Notes under the pieces: generated by a model
What the model was told of the DNA's origin: nothing
The model's input: the letters and a program-made list of their open reading frames with translations, nothing else
Databases searched by the model: none
Shown here: positions 33,908-43,086 of the stretch, in pieces
Numbering within the stretch: the stretch's first letter is position 1
Layout of the letters: each line of letters opens with the position of its first letter
NCBI GenBank assembly: GCA_964385465.1
Contig: CAYLPJ010000011.1
Span: forward strand, 185 to 64,184
Source: an uncultured Planctomycetaceae bacterium
Lineage (GTDB): Bacteria > Planctomycetota > Phycisphaerae > SM23-33
DNA length: 64,000 nt
Reading direction: 5' to 3'
Translations under genes and position numbers: made by a program

Positions 33908-35038
33908 CTATCCAATGCACCACACCTCGTTGTCGACGAGTTGCTCTCGCCCGGTGTCGGCGGAGCGGATGCCGGCGTCGAGGATGGCCATGGCCTCGAG
34001 GTTGAAGGCCGTCTCCAGCGTCGGGTGGGCCGGCTCGCCGGTGTCGAGATGGTGGACGTACTCCTCGGCGATGGTGGCCCGGCCATCGGGGAGGGGATCG
34101 GGCTCGTGGGTCACGCTCTTTCCGCCGCCGAGCCCCCGGCGAACCACAGGCTTGCCGTCTCGCCCCTCGATGACCAGCGTGCCCTCCGTGCCGAAGACGA
34201 TCGGCCCCCCGCCGACGCCGTGGTCCAGCGTCGTCCACGTGCCCTCGAACAGCCCCATCGCGCCGGGGAACCGCACGAGCATCGCGCCGTTGTCGTCGGC
34301 CGTGCCGAACGGGCTGTTCAGGTTCGCCCGCATCCCCACCGCCGCCACGGCGGGTGTGCCCACAAACCAGCGGGAGATCATGCATCCGTAGCAGCAGAAG
34401 TCGAGCATGGCCCCGCCGCCGGCGCCATGGTCGTGCCACCAGACGGCCCCGAGTTCTTCGGCCGACAGCGGCGCGGCGGTGTCGGTCACGCCGGCGTGCC
34501 TGGCCCCTCGCCCGAGCGGCCCGGTGTGCCCGAGGCGGGCCTTGACGCCCAGCACGCGTCCGATCGCGCCGTCGTCGATGAGTTTCTTGGCCAGGCGGGC
34601 GGCGGGGTTCCAGGTCATCGGCCAGTTGACCAGCATCCGCGTCCCGGCGGTGCGGACGCTTCGGGCCATCGCCAGTGCGTCGGACAGGCGGGCGGCCATG
34701 GGCTTCTCGACACAGACGTTGGCCCCCGCGGCCGCGGCGTCGGCGACGACGGCGGGGTGGTGGGCGTTCTCGCTGGTGACGATGACGACGTCGAGCTTCT
34801 CGGCGTCGAGCATCTCGCGGTAGTCGTCGTAGCTTCTGGGCAGGCCGAGGTCGTCGAGGGCGTGCTGGAGGTTCCACTGGCGGGTGTAGGGCCCGCTGCG
34901 AAGCTCGGGCCTGGCCGGGACGGTATCCGCCCCGGCGACCAGCTCGACTCGCGGGTGTTTCGCGAACAGGCCGAGCACGTTGTTGATGTGCATGTGTGCG
35001 AAGCCGACGACGCCGACGCGGTAGGTTCTCTCGCTCAT
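33908..35038 (-). CDS. Gfo/Idh/MocA-family oxidoreductase
   Basis: YRVGVVGFAHMHINN, VEKP motif. ATG at 35038 behind GGGAGAG; the track start at 35041 is a TTG. Confidence 0.9.
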   Translation of the reverse strand: MSERTYRVGVVGFAHMHINNVLGLFAKHPRVELVAGADTVPARPELRSGPYTRQWNLQHALDDLGLPRSYDDYREMLDAEKLDVVIVTSENAHHPAVVADAAAAGANVCVEKPMAARLSDALAMARSVRTAGTRMLVNWPMTWNPAARLAKKLIDDGAIGRVLGVKARLGHTGPLGRGARHAGVTDTAAPLSAEELGAVWWHDHGAGGGAMLDFCCYGCMISRWFVGTPAVAAVGMRANLNSPFGTADDNGAMLVRFPGAMGLFEGTWTTLDHGVGGGPIVFGTEGTLVIEGRDGKPVVRRGLGGGKSVTHEPDPLPDGRATIAEEYVHHLDTGEPAHPTLETAFNLEAMAILDAGIRSADTGREQLVDNEVWCIG

Positions 35039-35198
35039 CAAAGCTCTCCCGATCGCGGCCCCCGGCCGATCCTCGCGCCGGCCGCCGACGCCGCCTGAGG
35101 GGAAGCTACCACAGCGGGCGTCGTCATGAAACGCCGGGCGGGCCGGGAAATCCGGCCGCTTTCCAGAAAACCTGCAACGTCAGGGCGGGGCGCGGCGT

Positions 35199-35234
35199 TA
35201 TACTTCAAACGCATAGATGAACTACGCGTTTGAA
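35199..35234 (+). promoter_or_regulatory. Candidate TetR operator overlapping a -10-like TATACT
   Basis: Inverted repeat TTCAAACGC (35204-35212) ... GCGTTTGAA (35226-35234) with a 13-nt spacer, in the only AT-rich patch of the 208-nt divergent spacer. TATACT at 35199-35204. It sits 16 nt upstream of the tetR ATG. Confidence 0.45.
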
Positions 35235-35249
35235 TTGTAAGGAACGGCG

Positions 35250-35951
35250 ATGCGACAGCGGAAGGACGGCATCCAGACCCGCCAGCGGATCCTCCGGGCG
35301 GCCAGGGACGTCTTCGCCGAGAAGGGCTACAGGGCGGCCACGCACGCGGAAATCTGCGAGCGGGCGGGCACCAACACCGCGGCGATCAACTACCATTTCG
35401 GCGACAAGGAGACGCTCTACGCCGAGGCGTTTGCCGCGGCGTTCGAGGACGGTGTGGCCAAGTTCCCCCCCGACGCCGGCATCGCCCCTGACGCCTCGCC
35501 GGAAGAGAGGCTCCGCGGGCGCCTGACCTCGCTCATGCGACGCATCCTCGACCCGGGCACGCGGGAGTTCGACATCATGCACCACGAGCTGGCCGACCCC
35601 ACCGGGCTGCTCAAGGCCGTCCACCAGCGGTGCATCCAGCCGATGCGAAAGGCCATGTTCCTGCTGGTCGCCGAGTTGCTGGGGCCCGGGGCGACCGACG
35701 GACAGGTCATGCTGGGCATGATGACCGTGGTCAGCCCCGTGTTCCACACGATGCTGCACATCCGCCACGTCGGGACATGCCCGGCCGGGAAGTGCCCCCG
35801 CCCGCGGCTGAGTGAGAGCGATCTCGGGGCCTTCATCGAACACACCACGCGGTTCGTCCTGGCCGGGCTGCGGCGGATGCGCGACGGGATCGAAACCGAA
35901 GACTGGCCCGACATGGAGTTGCCCCATGCGCTCATGCCGAACCCGAAGTAG
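35250..35951 (+). CDS. TetR/AcrR-family transcriptional regulator
   Basis: N-terminal helix-turn-helix TRQRILRAARDVFAEKGYRAATHAEICERAGTNTAAINYHFGDKETLY. Confidence 0.9.
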   Translation: MRQRKDGIQTRQRILRAARDVFAEKGYRAATHAEICERAGTNTAAINYHFGDKETLYAEAFAAAFEDGVAKFPPDAGIAPDASPEERLRGRLTSLMRRILDPGTREFDIMHHELADPTGLLKAVHQRCIQPMRKAMFLLVAELLGPGATDGQVMLGMMTVVSPVFHTMLHIRHVGTCPAGKCPRPRLSESDLGAFIEHTTRFVLAGLRRMRDGIETEDWPDMELPHALMPNPK

Positions 35952-37443
35952 GCCCGGCCGCCGGTCGCGCAGGCGAGGCGCCGCCGCGGCGGTGCTGCTG
36001 GTCGCCGTCGCCGGCTGCGCGCCGCGGATCGAGCCGGTCACGCCTCCGGTCGCCCTGCCGGACACCCTCGCGCCCGGCGCGCCGAACGACGTCCCCGCCG
36101 GGCCGTGGTGGACCCAACTCGACGACCCCGACCTCGCCGCGCTCATCGACACCGCCCTGCGGGGCAACTTCTCCCTGCGGGCCACGTGGGACCGCCTCCG
36201 CCAGGCCGAGGCGGCCCACACCGCGGCGCGGGCGCCGCTGTTGCCCGCCGCCGACGGCTCGGCAGGGGCGGGGCGGTCGGCCTCCCACACCGAGCCCCGC
36301 CCCACCGCCTACGCCAACAGCTTCTCGCTGGGGGCGATGGTCTCCTACGAAGTGGACCTCTGGGGCCGCGTGCGATCGACCGCCGACGCCGCCGCCCTCG
36401 ACGCCCGGGCCGCCGCCGAGGACATCCGCGCCGCCGCCATGACCCTCACCGGCCAGGTCGCCGCCACGTGGTATCGTGTCGTCGAGCTCCGCCGCCAGCT
36501 CGCCCTGCTCGACGAGCAGATTGCCACCAACAGCGAGGTGCTGGAGATCGTTACGCTGAACTTCCGCCGCGGGCGGGTCGGTGCGACCGACGTGCTCCAG
36601 CAGAGGCAGGTGCTGGAACGAACGCGGGGCGAACGGGAGCTCGTCGGCCGACAGCTCGCCGCGCAAACCACCGCCCTGGCCGTGCTGATCGGCGAGAACC
36701 CCGGCGACTACATCCCCCCACCGGCTGAGGGCCTTCCCGCCCCCGGCGACCTGCCGCCCCTGCCGGTCCCGGCGGCGTGGCTGCGAGCGCGGCCGGACAT
36801 CCGGACGGCGGAGCTCCGCGTCGCGGCCGCCGACAAGCGGACCGCCGCGGCGATCGCCAACCAGTTCCCGCGTGTGACGCTGTCGGGCTCGGCGGAGACG
36901 ACGGCCCGGCGGGTGCGGGACCTGTTCGACAACTGGCTGGCGAGCCTGGCCGCAAGCCTGACCGCCCCGCTGTTCGACGCCGGGCTGCGACGGGCGGAGG
37001 TCGCCCGCAGCCGGGCCGCGGCGGCCGAGCGGCTCAACGCCTACGGCCAGACCTTGCTGACCGCCCTGGGCGAAGTGACCAGCGCCCTGGCCGAGGAGGC
37101 CCACCAGCGGCGGTACGTGGCGAGCCTGGCCGAGCAACTCGAGCTGTCCGACGCCTCGGTCGAGCGGATCCGCGAGAACTACACGAAGGGCGCGATGGAG
37201 TTCACGCGGTTCCTGACGACCCAGCTCTCTCACCAGCAGCTCCAGCGGACACACCTGACGGCCCGGCGGGAGCTGCTGGACCGCCGCATCGCGCTGCACC
37301 GCGCCCTCGGCTGGCGGGGCGACCTGCCGGCGCCGGCCCTGCCGCCGCGGCGCGTGACCGGGCCTGTCGAGCGGTTCCTGTCGATCTTCAATGCCGATCC
37401 CAAGCCGTCCCGCGACGGCAAGGAGCGAGGGCAGCAACCATGA
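35926..37443 (+). CDS. RND efflux outer-membrane factor lipoprotein (NodT/TolC family)
   Basis: Lipobox LLVAVAGC after an Arg-rich n-region, followed by the two-repeat OMF architecture. The ATG at 35926 overlaps the tetR 3' end by 26 nt. The start call is moderately uncertain. Confidence 0.8.
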   Translation: MRSCRTRSRPGRRSRRRGAAAAVLLVAVAGCAPRIEPVTPPVALPDTLAPGAPNDVPAGPWWTQLDDPDLAALIDTALRGNFSLRATWDRLRQAEAAHTAARAPLLPAADGSAGAGRSASHTEPRPTAYANSFSLGAMVSYEVDLWGRVRSTADAAALDARAAAEDIRAAAMTLTGQVAATWYRVVELRRQLALLDEQIATNSEVLEIVTLNFRRGRVGATDVLQQRQVLERTRGERELVGRQLAAQTTALAVLIGENPGDYIPPPAEGLPAPGDLPPLPVPAAWLRARPDIRTAELRVAAADKRTAAAIANQFPRVTLSGSAETTARRVRDLFDNWLASLAASLTAPLFDAGLRRAEVARSRAAAAERLNAYGQTLLTALGEVTSALAEEAHQRRYVASLAEQLELSDASVERIRENYTKGAMEFTRFLTTQLSHQQLQRTHLTARRELLDRRIALHRALGWRGDLPAPALPPRRVTGPVERFLSIFNADPKPSRDGKERGQQP

Positions 37444-38891
37444 CCGATGCCCTGGAAACCACGAGCACCGACGCGCCCGAGGCGGCGCCCATGACGCCCG
37501 AGCCCCGCCCGCCGGCCGACGACGACGCGGATCCCGACCGCGCCCCGAGCACCTTCGCCCGCCTGGCCGCCCGAGTCCTGGCGCTGCTGCTGGCGGTGGC
37601 GGTGCTGGGCGCGGGCGTCGGCGTGGCGGTCTACTGGCTGGCCAACCGTCCCAAGGCCAGCCGCCGCCCGCCCGCCGCGGCGGCGACGCTTGTCGAGGTC
37701 GAGGTCCTCGCCGCCGGGCCGCACCGCGTGACGGTCGAGGCGATGGGCACCGTGGCCCCGGCGCGGCGGATCGCCCTGGCGGCCCGGGTCGGCGGGGAGG
37801 TCGTCGAGGTCGCAGACGCCTTCACCCCCGGCGGCCTGCTGGCCGAGGGCGAGACCGTCCTGCAGCTCGACCCGGAAGATTACGAGATCGCCGTCGCCCG
37901 CGCCGAACTGGCCCTGGAGCGCGCGAAGCTCGCCGCACGCCAGCGCGAGAGCGACATCGCGGCCAGACAGTCCGAGTTGGCCAAGGCGCAGGAAGCGATG
38001 AAGATCGAGCTCGGCCGACAGGCCGTCGCCAAGCGGGAGTACGAGCTGCTGGGCGAGGACATCGACGACGCCGACCGCGAGTTGGTTCTGCGCCGGCCGC
38101 AACTGGCCAGCGCCCGGGCCGGGGTCGCCGCCGCCGAGGCCGCGGTCGACTCGGCCCGAGCCGCCCGCGACGCCGCCGAGCAGGCCGTCAAGGACGCCGA
38201 AAACACCCTTCGCGCCGCGAAGCTGGACCTGTCCCGCACGATCGTGACCGCGCCGTTCAACGGTGCAATCCTCGACCGCAACGTCGAACGCGGCTCGCAG
38301 GTCTCGCCAGGCACGGCCCTGGCGACCTTCGCCGGCACGGACGAATACTGGATCCGCGTCCTCGTGCCCGTCGATCAGCTCCGGTGGATCGAGATGCCCG
38401 CCGCAGGCCTCGAAGGCTCCAGCGTCCGGATCTACCACGAGCCACGATGGGGGCCCGGGGTCCATCGCGCCGGGCGCGTGCTCAAGCTCCTGCCCGACAT
38501 CGAGCCCCGCGGGCGGATGGCACAGCTTCTCGTGGCCGTCGACGACCCGCTGGGCCTGCGGTCGGCCGAGGTCGCCGACGCCCCGCTGCTGCTGGATGCC
38601 TACGTGACGGTCGCCATCCAAGGGCAACAGGTCGCAAGCGTCATCCCCGTGCCCCGGTCCGCCCTCCACGACGGGCGGCACGTCTGGGTGGCCGGCAACG
38701 ACGGACAGCTCGACGTGCGCGAGGTCCGCATGATCTGGCGGGGCAAGGAGACGGTGTACGTCGCCGAGGGCCTCGCCGACGGCGAGCGGCTGATCGTCAG
38801 CGACCTCGCGGCGGCGGTGGACGGCATGCCGGTCCGCACGGCGGGCGAGGCGGCGCCTGCGACGGCGCCCGCCGGGGAGGCCCGCCGATGA
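37440..38891 (+). CDS. RND efflux periplasmic adaptor (membrane fusion protein, HlyD family)
   Basis: ATGA overlap with the OMF stop. TM anchor LALLLAVAVLGAGVGVAVYWL, a coiled-coil hairpin, then beta-barrel segments. Confidence 0.88.
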   Translation: MTDALETTSTDAPEAAPMTPEPRPPADDDADPDRAPSTFARLAARVLALLLAVAVLGAGVGVAVYWLANRPKASRRPPAAAATLVEVEVLAAGPHRVTVEAMGTVAPARRIALAARVGGEVVEVADAFTPGGLLAEGETVLQLDPEDYEIAVARAELALERAKLAARQRESDIAARQSELAKAQEAMKIELGRQAVAKREYELLGEDIDDADRELVLRRPQLASARAGVAAAEAAVDSARAARDAAEQAVKDAENTLRAAKLDLSRTIVTAPFNGAILDRNVERGSQVSPGTALATFAGTDEYWIRVLVPVDQLRWIEMPAAGLEGSSVRIYHEPRWGPGVHRAGRVLKLLPDIEPRGRMAQLLVAVDDPLGLRSAEVADAPLLLDAYVTVAIQGQQVASVIPVPRSALHDGRHVWVAGNDGQLDVREVRMIWRGKETVYVAEGLADGERLIVSDLAAAVDGMPVRTAGEAAPATAPAGEARR

Positions 38892-41800
38892 CCCGGGACC
38901 TGACGCGAGGCGAGCGGCGAGGCCCGATCGCCTGGATGGCCGGGCACACCGTGGCGGCGAACCTGGCGATGGCGTTCTTCGTCGTCGGCGGGCTGATCGC
39001 CCTGACGAACATCAAACAGGAGGTCTTCCCGGACTTCGAGACCGATCAGGTCTCCGTGTCGGTGGTCTATCCCGGCGCGAGCCCGGAGGAGATCGAGGAC
39101 GGCATCCTGCTTGCGGTCGAGGAGGCCGTCCGCGGGCTCGAGGGCGTCGACGAGGTCTCCGCGACCGCCCGCGAGGGGGTGGGGACGGTCCTCATCGACG
39201 CGCTGACCGGCTACGACGTGAACCTGCTGGCCCAGGACGTCCAGGCCGAGGTGGACCGGATCACCACTCTCCCCGACGACGCCGAGGAGCCGGTCGTCCG
39301 CGCGATCGTCCGCTCCCGCGGCGTGCTGAACGTCGTCCTCTACGGCGACGTGAGCGAACGGACCCTCCGCGAGCTGGCCGAGAGGCTCCGCGACGAGCTG
39401 CTCCAGGACCCCGACATCACCCGCATCGAGCTGGCGGGCGTGCGGAACCTGGAGATCGCCATCGAGGTCCCCGAGGAGAACCTCCGCCGCTACGGGCTCA
39501 CGCTCCAGGAGATCGCCAACCGCGTCCGCAACGCGTCGGTCGACCTGCCCGGAGGCGGGATCAAGACCGAGGGCGGCGAGGTGCTCGTGCGGATGAAGGA
39601 GCGCCGCGACTACGGCCGGCAGTTCGCCCAACTGCCGATCGTCACCGCAGACGACGGCACGGAGGTGCTGCTGGGCGAGATCGGCACGGTCACCGACGGC
39701 TTCGAGGACAGCGACCGCTACGCGACCTACAACGGCAAGCCGGCCGCGCTGGTGGAGGTCTACCGCGTGGGCGACCAGACGCCGCTGACCGTCGCCGCCG
39801 CCGTCCGCGAGCGCCTGGTCGACTACCGCCCGATGCTCCCGCCGGGGGTGAGCACGGCCATCGACCGCGACCGGTCGGACATCTACGGCCAGCGCGTGGA
39901 GTTGCTGACGCGGAACATGGGCATCGGCCTGGCGCTGGTGCTGGTGCTGCTGGGGTTGTTCCTGGAAGTCCGCCTGGCGTTCTGGGTGATGATGGGCATC
40001 CCCATCTCGTTTCTGGGCTCGTTCCTGTTCCTGCCCTCCACGGGCGTGACGGTGAACATGGTCTCGTTGTTCGCGTACATCATCGCGCTGGGCATCGTCG
40101 TCGACGACGCCATCGTCGTCGGCGAGAACGTCTACCACTACCGCCAGGAGGGCATGGGCCGCCTGGCGGCGGCGGTGCGGGGGGCTCGCGAGGTCGCCGT
40201 GCCCGTGACGTTCAGCATCCTGACCAACGTGGCGACGTTCCTGCCGATCTACTTCGTCCCGGGCTTCATGGGCAAGGTCTTCCGCATGATCCCCATCGTG
40301 GTGATCATCGTGTTCCTGATCTCGCTGGGCGAGAGCCTGTTCATCCTGCCGGCGCACCTGGCGCACCTGAAGCGCAAGGAACGGCGGGGCTTCTCGGCGT
40401 GGCTGCACCGCCGCCAGCAGGGCTTCAGCCGGCGGTTCACCCACTTCGTCCGCAACGGCTACGGCCCGGCGCTGGAGACGGCGCTTCGCCACCGCTACGT
40501 GACGATCTCGGTCGCCCTGGCGGTCCTGGCCGCCACGCTGAGCTACGCCCTCAGCGGGCGGCTTGGCTTCGGCCTGTTCCCCACGATCGAGTCGGACCAT
40601 TCCGACGCGCGGCTGGTCCTGCCCTACGGGGCGCCGATCGAGCGGACCGAGGCGATCGTGGAACGCCTGCGGGCCGGGGCGCGGAAGGTCGCACGCGACG
40701 CCAACCATCCCGAGCTGATCGAGGGCATCGTCGCCGACGTCGGCGACGGCGGCAGCCACGTCGCCAGCATGAAGGTCGAGCTGGCCGACGCGGAAATCCG
40801 CGAGGAGATCATGTCCACCGCCGAGTTCACCCGCCGCTGGCGCCAGGCCGTCGGCGAGGTCGCCGGCGTCGAGACGCTCAAGTTCCTCTCCGACGCCGGC
40901 GGGCCGGGCTCCCGCGGCGCGCCGGTCACCGTCGAACTCAGCCACCGCAGCATCGGCGTCCTGGAACAGGCCAGCTCCGAGCTGGCCAAGGTGCTCCAGA
41001 CCTACCCGCGCGTCAAGGACGTCGACGACGGGTTCCAGCCGGGCAAGCCGCAGTTGGACTTCACGGTCCGCCCGGCCGGCAAGAGCCTCGGCCTCGATGC
41101 CCGCCAGGTCGCCCGGCAGGTCCGCAACGCTTACTACGGCGCCGAGGCCATTCGGCAGCAGCGCGGGCGCAACGAGATCAAGATCATGGTCCGGCTGCCC
41201 GAGCGCCAGCGGATCAGCGAGTACGACATCGAGACGCTGCTGATCCGCACCCCGGGCGGGACGTACGTGCCCCTCCGCGAGGTCGCCGACTACGACCGCG
41301 GGCGGGCGTACACGGTCATCGAGCGCCGCGACGGGAGGCGGGTGGTGCAGGTCCAGGCGGACGTGACGCCGCGCAGCAAGGCCGGTGAGGTCCTCGCCGA
41401 CCTCCGCGCCGACGTCATGCCCGGGCTGATGAACGACTACCGCGGGCTGACTTACAGCTTCGAGGGCCACCAGGCCGACATGCGCGAGAGCCTGGGCAGC
41501 CTCAAGGTCACCAGCGTGCTGGCGATGCTGGCGATCTTCGCGATGCTGGCCATACCATTCCGCAGCTACGCCCAGCCGCTGATCGTGATGGTCAGCATCC
41601 CCTTCGGCGTGGTCGGCGCGATCCTCGGGCACGTGATCATGGGCTACGACCTGTGCATCCCGAGCATCTTCGGGATCGTCGCCCTCTCCGGCGTGGTCGT
41701 CAACGACTCGCTGGTGCTGATCGACTTCGCCAACCGCCGCCGCTCGCAGCAGGGCATGAACACCCACGACGCGGTGACCTCGGCGGGGATCCAGCGCTTC

Positions 41801-42073
41801 CGACCGATCCTGCTGACCACGCTGACCACCTTCGGCGGGCTGGCGCCGATGATCTTCGAGACCTCCCGCCAGGCCCGGTTCCTGATCCCCATGGCCCTGT
41901 CGCTGGGCTTCGGCCTGCTGTTCGCGACGTTCATCACCCTGGTGCTCGTGCCCTCGCTGTACATGGTGCTGGAAGACGTCAAGTACGTCGCCGAGTTGGC
42001 CGCCGGACGGCGGCGCGAAGCGGCGCCGCCCGCCGTCCCGACATCGCCGCCGGCGGGCGCCCCCGCGGAGTAG
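38888..42073 (+). CDS. RND inner-membrane efflux transporter (AcrB/HAE-type)
   Basis: ATGA overlap with the MFP stop. 1061 aa with 12-TM architecture. The TM4 motif [16 protein letters not shown] is of the hydrophobe/amphiphile type, not the heavy-metal DFGxxxDGA type. Confidence 0.92.
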   Translation: MTRDLTRGERRGPIAWMAGHTVAANLAMAFFVVGGLIALTNIKQEVFPDFETDQVSVSVVYPGASPEEIEDGILLAVEEAVRGLEGVDEVSATAREGVGTVLIDALTGYDVNLLAQDVQAEVDRITTLPDDAEEPVVRAIVRSRGVLNVVLYGDVSERTLRELAERLRDELLQDPDITRIELAGVRNLEIAIEVPEENLRRYGLTLQEIANRVRNASVDLPGGGIKTEGGEVLVRMKERRDYGRQFAQLPIVTADDGTEVLLGEIGTVTDGFEDSDRYATYNGKPAALVEVYRVGDQTPLTVAAAVRERLVDYRPMLPPGVSTAIDRDRSDIYGQRVELLTRNMGIGLALVLVLLGLFLEVRLAFWVMMGIPISFLGSFLFLPSTGVTVNMVSLFAYIIALGIVVDDAIVVGENVYHYRQEGMGRLAAAVRGAREVAVPVTFSILTNVATFLPIYFVPGFMGKVFRMIPIVVIIVFLISLGESLFILPAHLAHLKRKERRGFSAWLHRRQQGFSRRFTHFVRNGYGPALETALRHRYVTISVALAVLAATLSYALSGRLGFGLFPTIESDHSDARLVLPYGAPIERTEAIVERLRAGARKVARDANHPELIEGIVADVGDGGSHVASMKVELADAEIREEIMSTAEFTRRWRQAVGEVAGVETLKFLSDAGGPGSRGAPVTVELSHRSIGVLEQASSELAKVLQTYPRVKDVDDGFQPGKPQLDFTVRPAGKSLGLDARQVARQVRNAYYGAEAIRQQRGRNEIKIMVRLPERQRISEYDIETLLIRTPGGTYVPLREVADYDRGRAYTVIERRDGRRVVQVQADVTPRSKAGEVLADLRADVMPGLMNDYRGLTYSFEGHQADMRESLGSLKVTSVLAMLAIFAMLAIPFRSYAQPLIVMVSIPFGVVGAILGHVIMGYDLCIPSIFGIVALSGVVVNDSLVLIDFANRRRSQQGMNTHDAVTSAGIQRFRPILLTTLTTFGGLAPMIFETSRQARFLIPMALSLGFGLLFATFITLVLVPSLYMVLEDVKYVAELAAGRRREAAPPAVPTSPPAGAPAE

Positions 42074-42107
42074 CGCGGGCAATCCGCGATGGGGCATCCC
42101 CCGCCTG

Positions 42108-42992
42108 TCAGCAGGGCAGCTTCGCCACGCGGACGCGCTGGCCGGTCTTCGCCGACTTTGCCAGCGCCTCCAGCACGGCGATCGGCTCGAGCAGTTCCGA
42201 CGGCGTGTGCGGCATCTTGCCCGTGCGGAACATCTTCAGGAACTTCTTCACGCCCGCGATGAAGTGGTCCTCGTCGCTGGCGTGAAGATGCTGGACGAGG
42301 CCCTTCGTGCCCATCGCCCGGAAGGCGAAGTTGTAGCTGCCCTCCTTCGTCAGGTGCATCGTCACCACCGGGCCGCCGTCGCGGTACCACAGCACCGCCG
42401 CGGCGTTGGGATTGCCCCGGCCGCCCTTGTGAACCTGCACCGCGCCGATCCCCCCGCCGAACGCCCGCAGGATCGACTCCACCTGGTGGATGCCGTAGAA
42501 GAACACCCCGCCGTACTTGCTCTTGAGGTCGCAGGGCCCGATCGACTCGATCGCCTTGATCTCCCCGATCCCCCGCAGGCTCTTGCAGAGCCCCTTGCGG
42601 AAGCTCGTCTGCTCGGGGATCGTCGAGAAGCTCGTCACCGGCACGTCGTGCGTGTCGGCGAGCTTCAGAAGTTGCCAGCCCTCGCGGACGGTGAAGCTGA
42701 ACGGCTTGTCCACGAAGACCGGGATGCCCGCCTCGATGAAGGGGATCGCGGCCGGGACGTGGTACTTCGCGTGACGATGGTCGATCATCACGCCGTCGAC
42801 CTCGCCGATCATGTCGGCGGGTTCCTTGACGATCCGGGGGATCTCGCCCTTCTGGGCGGCCCTCTCGGCGAAGGCCTTCGTCTCGCCCCACACGGCCACC
42901 ACCCGCGCCCGCCCGCAGGACTTGTTGATGTTCAGCGTCCTGGCGACGCCCACCGTGTGCGAGTTCTCCGCCCCGACGATGCCGATCTTCAT
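42108..42992 (-). CDS. Short Gfo/Idh/MocA-like oxidoreductase
   Basis: MKIGIVGAENSHT Rossmann start and a VDKP motif. 294 aa. GGGAGA Shine-Dalgarno. Confidence 0.75.
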   Translation of the reverse strand: MKIGIVGAENSHTVGVARTLNINKSCGRARVVAVWGETKAFAERAAQKGEIPRIVKEPADMIGEVDGVMIDHRHAKYHVPAAIPFIEAGIPVFVDKPFSFTVREGWQLLKLADTHDVPVTSFSTIPEQTSFRKGLCKSLRGIGEIKAIESIGPCDLKSKYGGVFFYGIHQVESILRAFGGGIGAVQVHKGGRGNPNAAAVLWYRDGGPVVTMHLTKEGSYNFAFRAMGTKGLVQHLHASDEDHFIAGVKKFLKMFRTGKMPHTPSELLEPIAVLEALAKSAKTGQRVRVAKLPC

Positions 42993-43086
42993 GGTGGTCT
43001 CCCGAGGTGCACGTGTTCGAAGCGGCAGCGTGACAGAGGGGAGTCTGCGCCATCTCCTCGCGGAAGTAAAGTCCCGCGCCGGGACG

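Noticed and set aside
33769-34086. Using the far-upstream in-frame start at 34086 for the heparinase-like gene.
   Set aside because: It would overlap the 3' end of the Gfo gene (33908-35038) by 179 nt, and the added 100+ residues are Pro/Ser/Thr/Arg-rich junk. I kept the ATG at 33768 and flagged the unresolved signal-peptide problem as a finding.
35926-42073. The RND operon considered as the heavy-metal (Czc/Cnr-type) pump controlled by the nearby cnrYXH-like module.
   Set aside because: The RND TM4 motif is [16 protein letters not shown] (hydrophobe/amphiphile type) rather than the heavy-metal DFGxxxDGA-type motif. The operon has its own TetR regulator, and it lies more than 10 kb from the sigma module with an unrelated glycan cluster in between.
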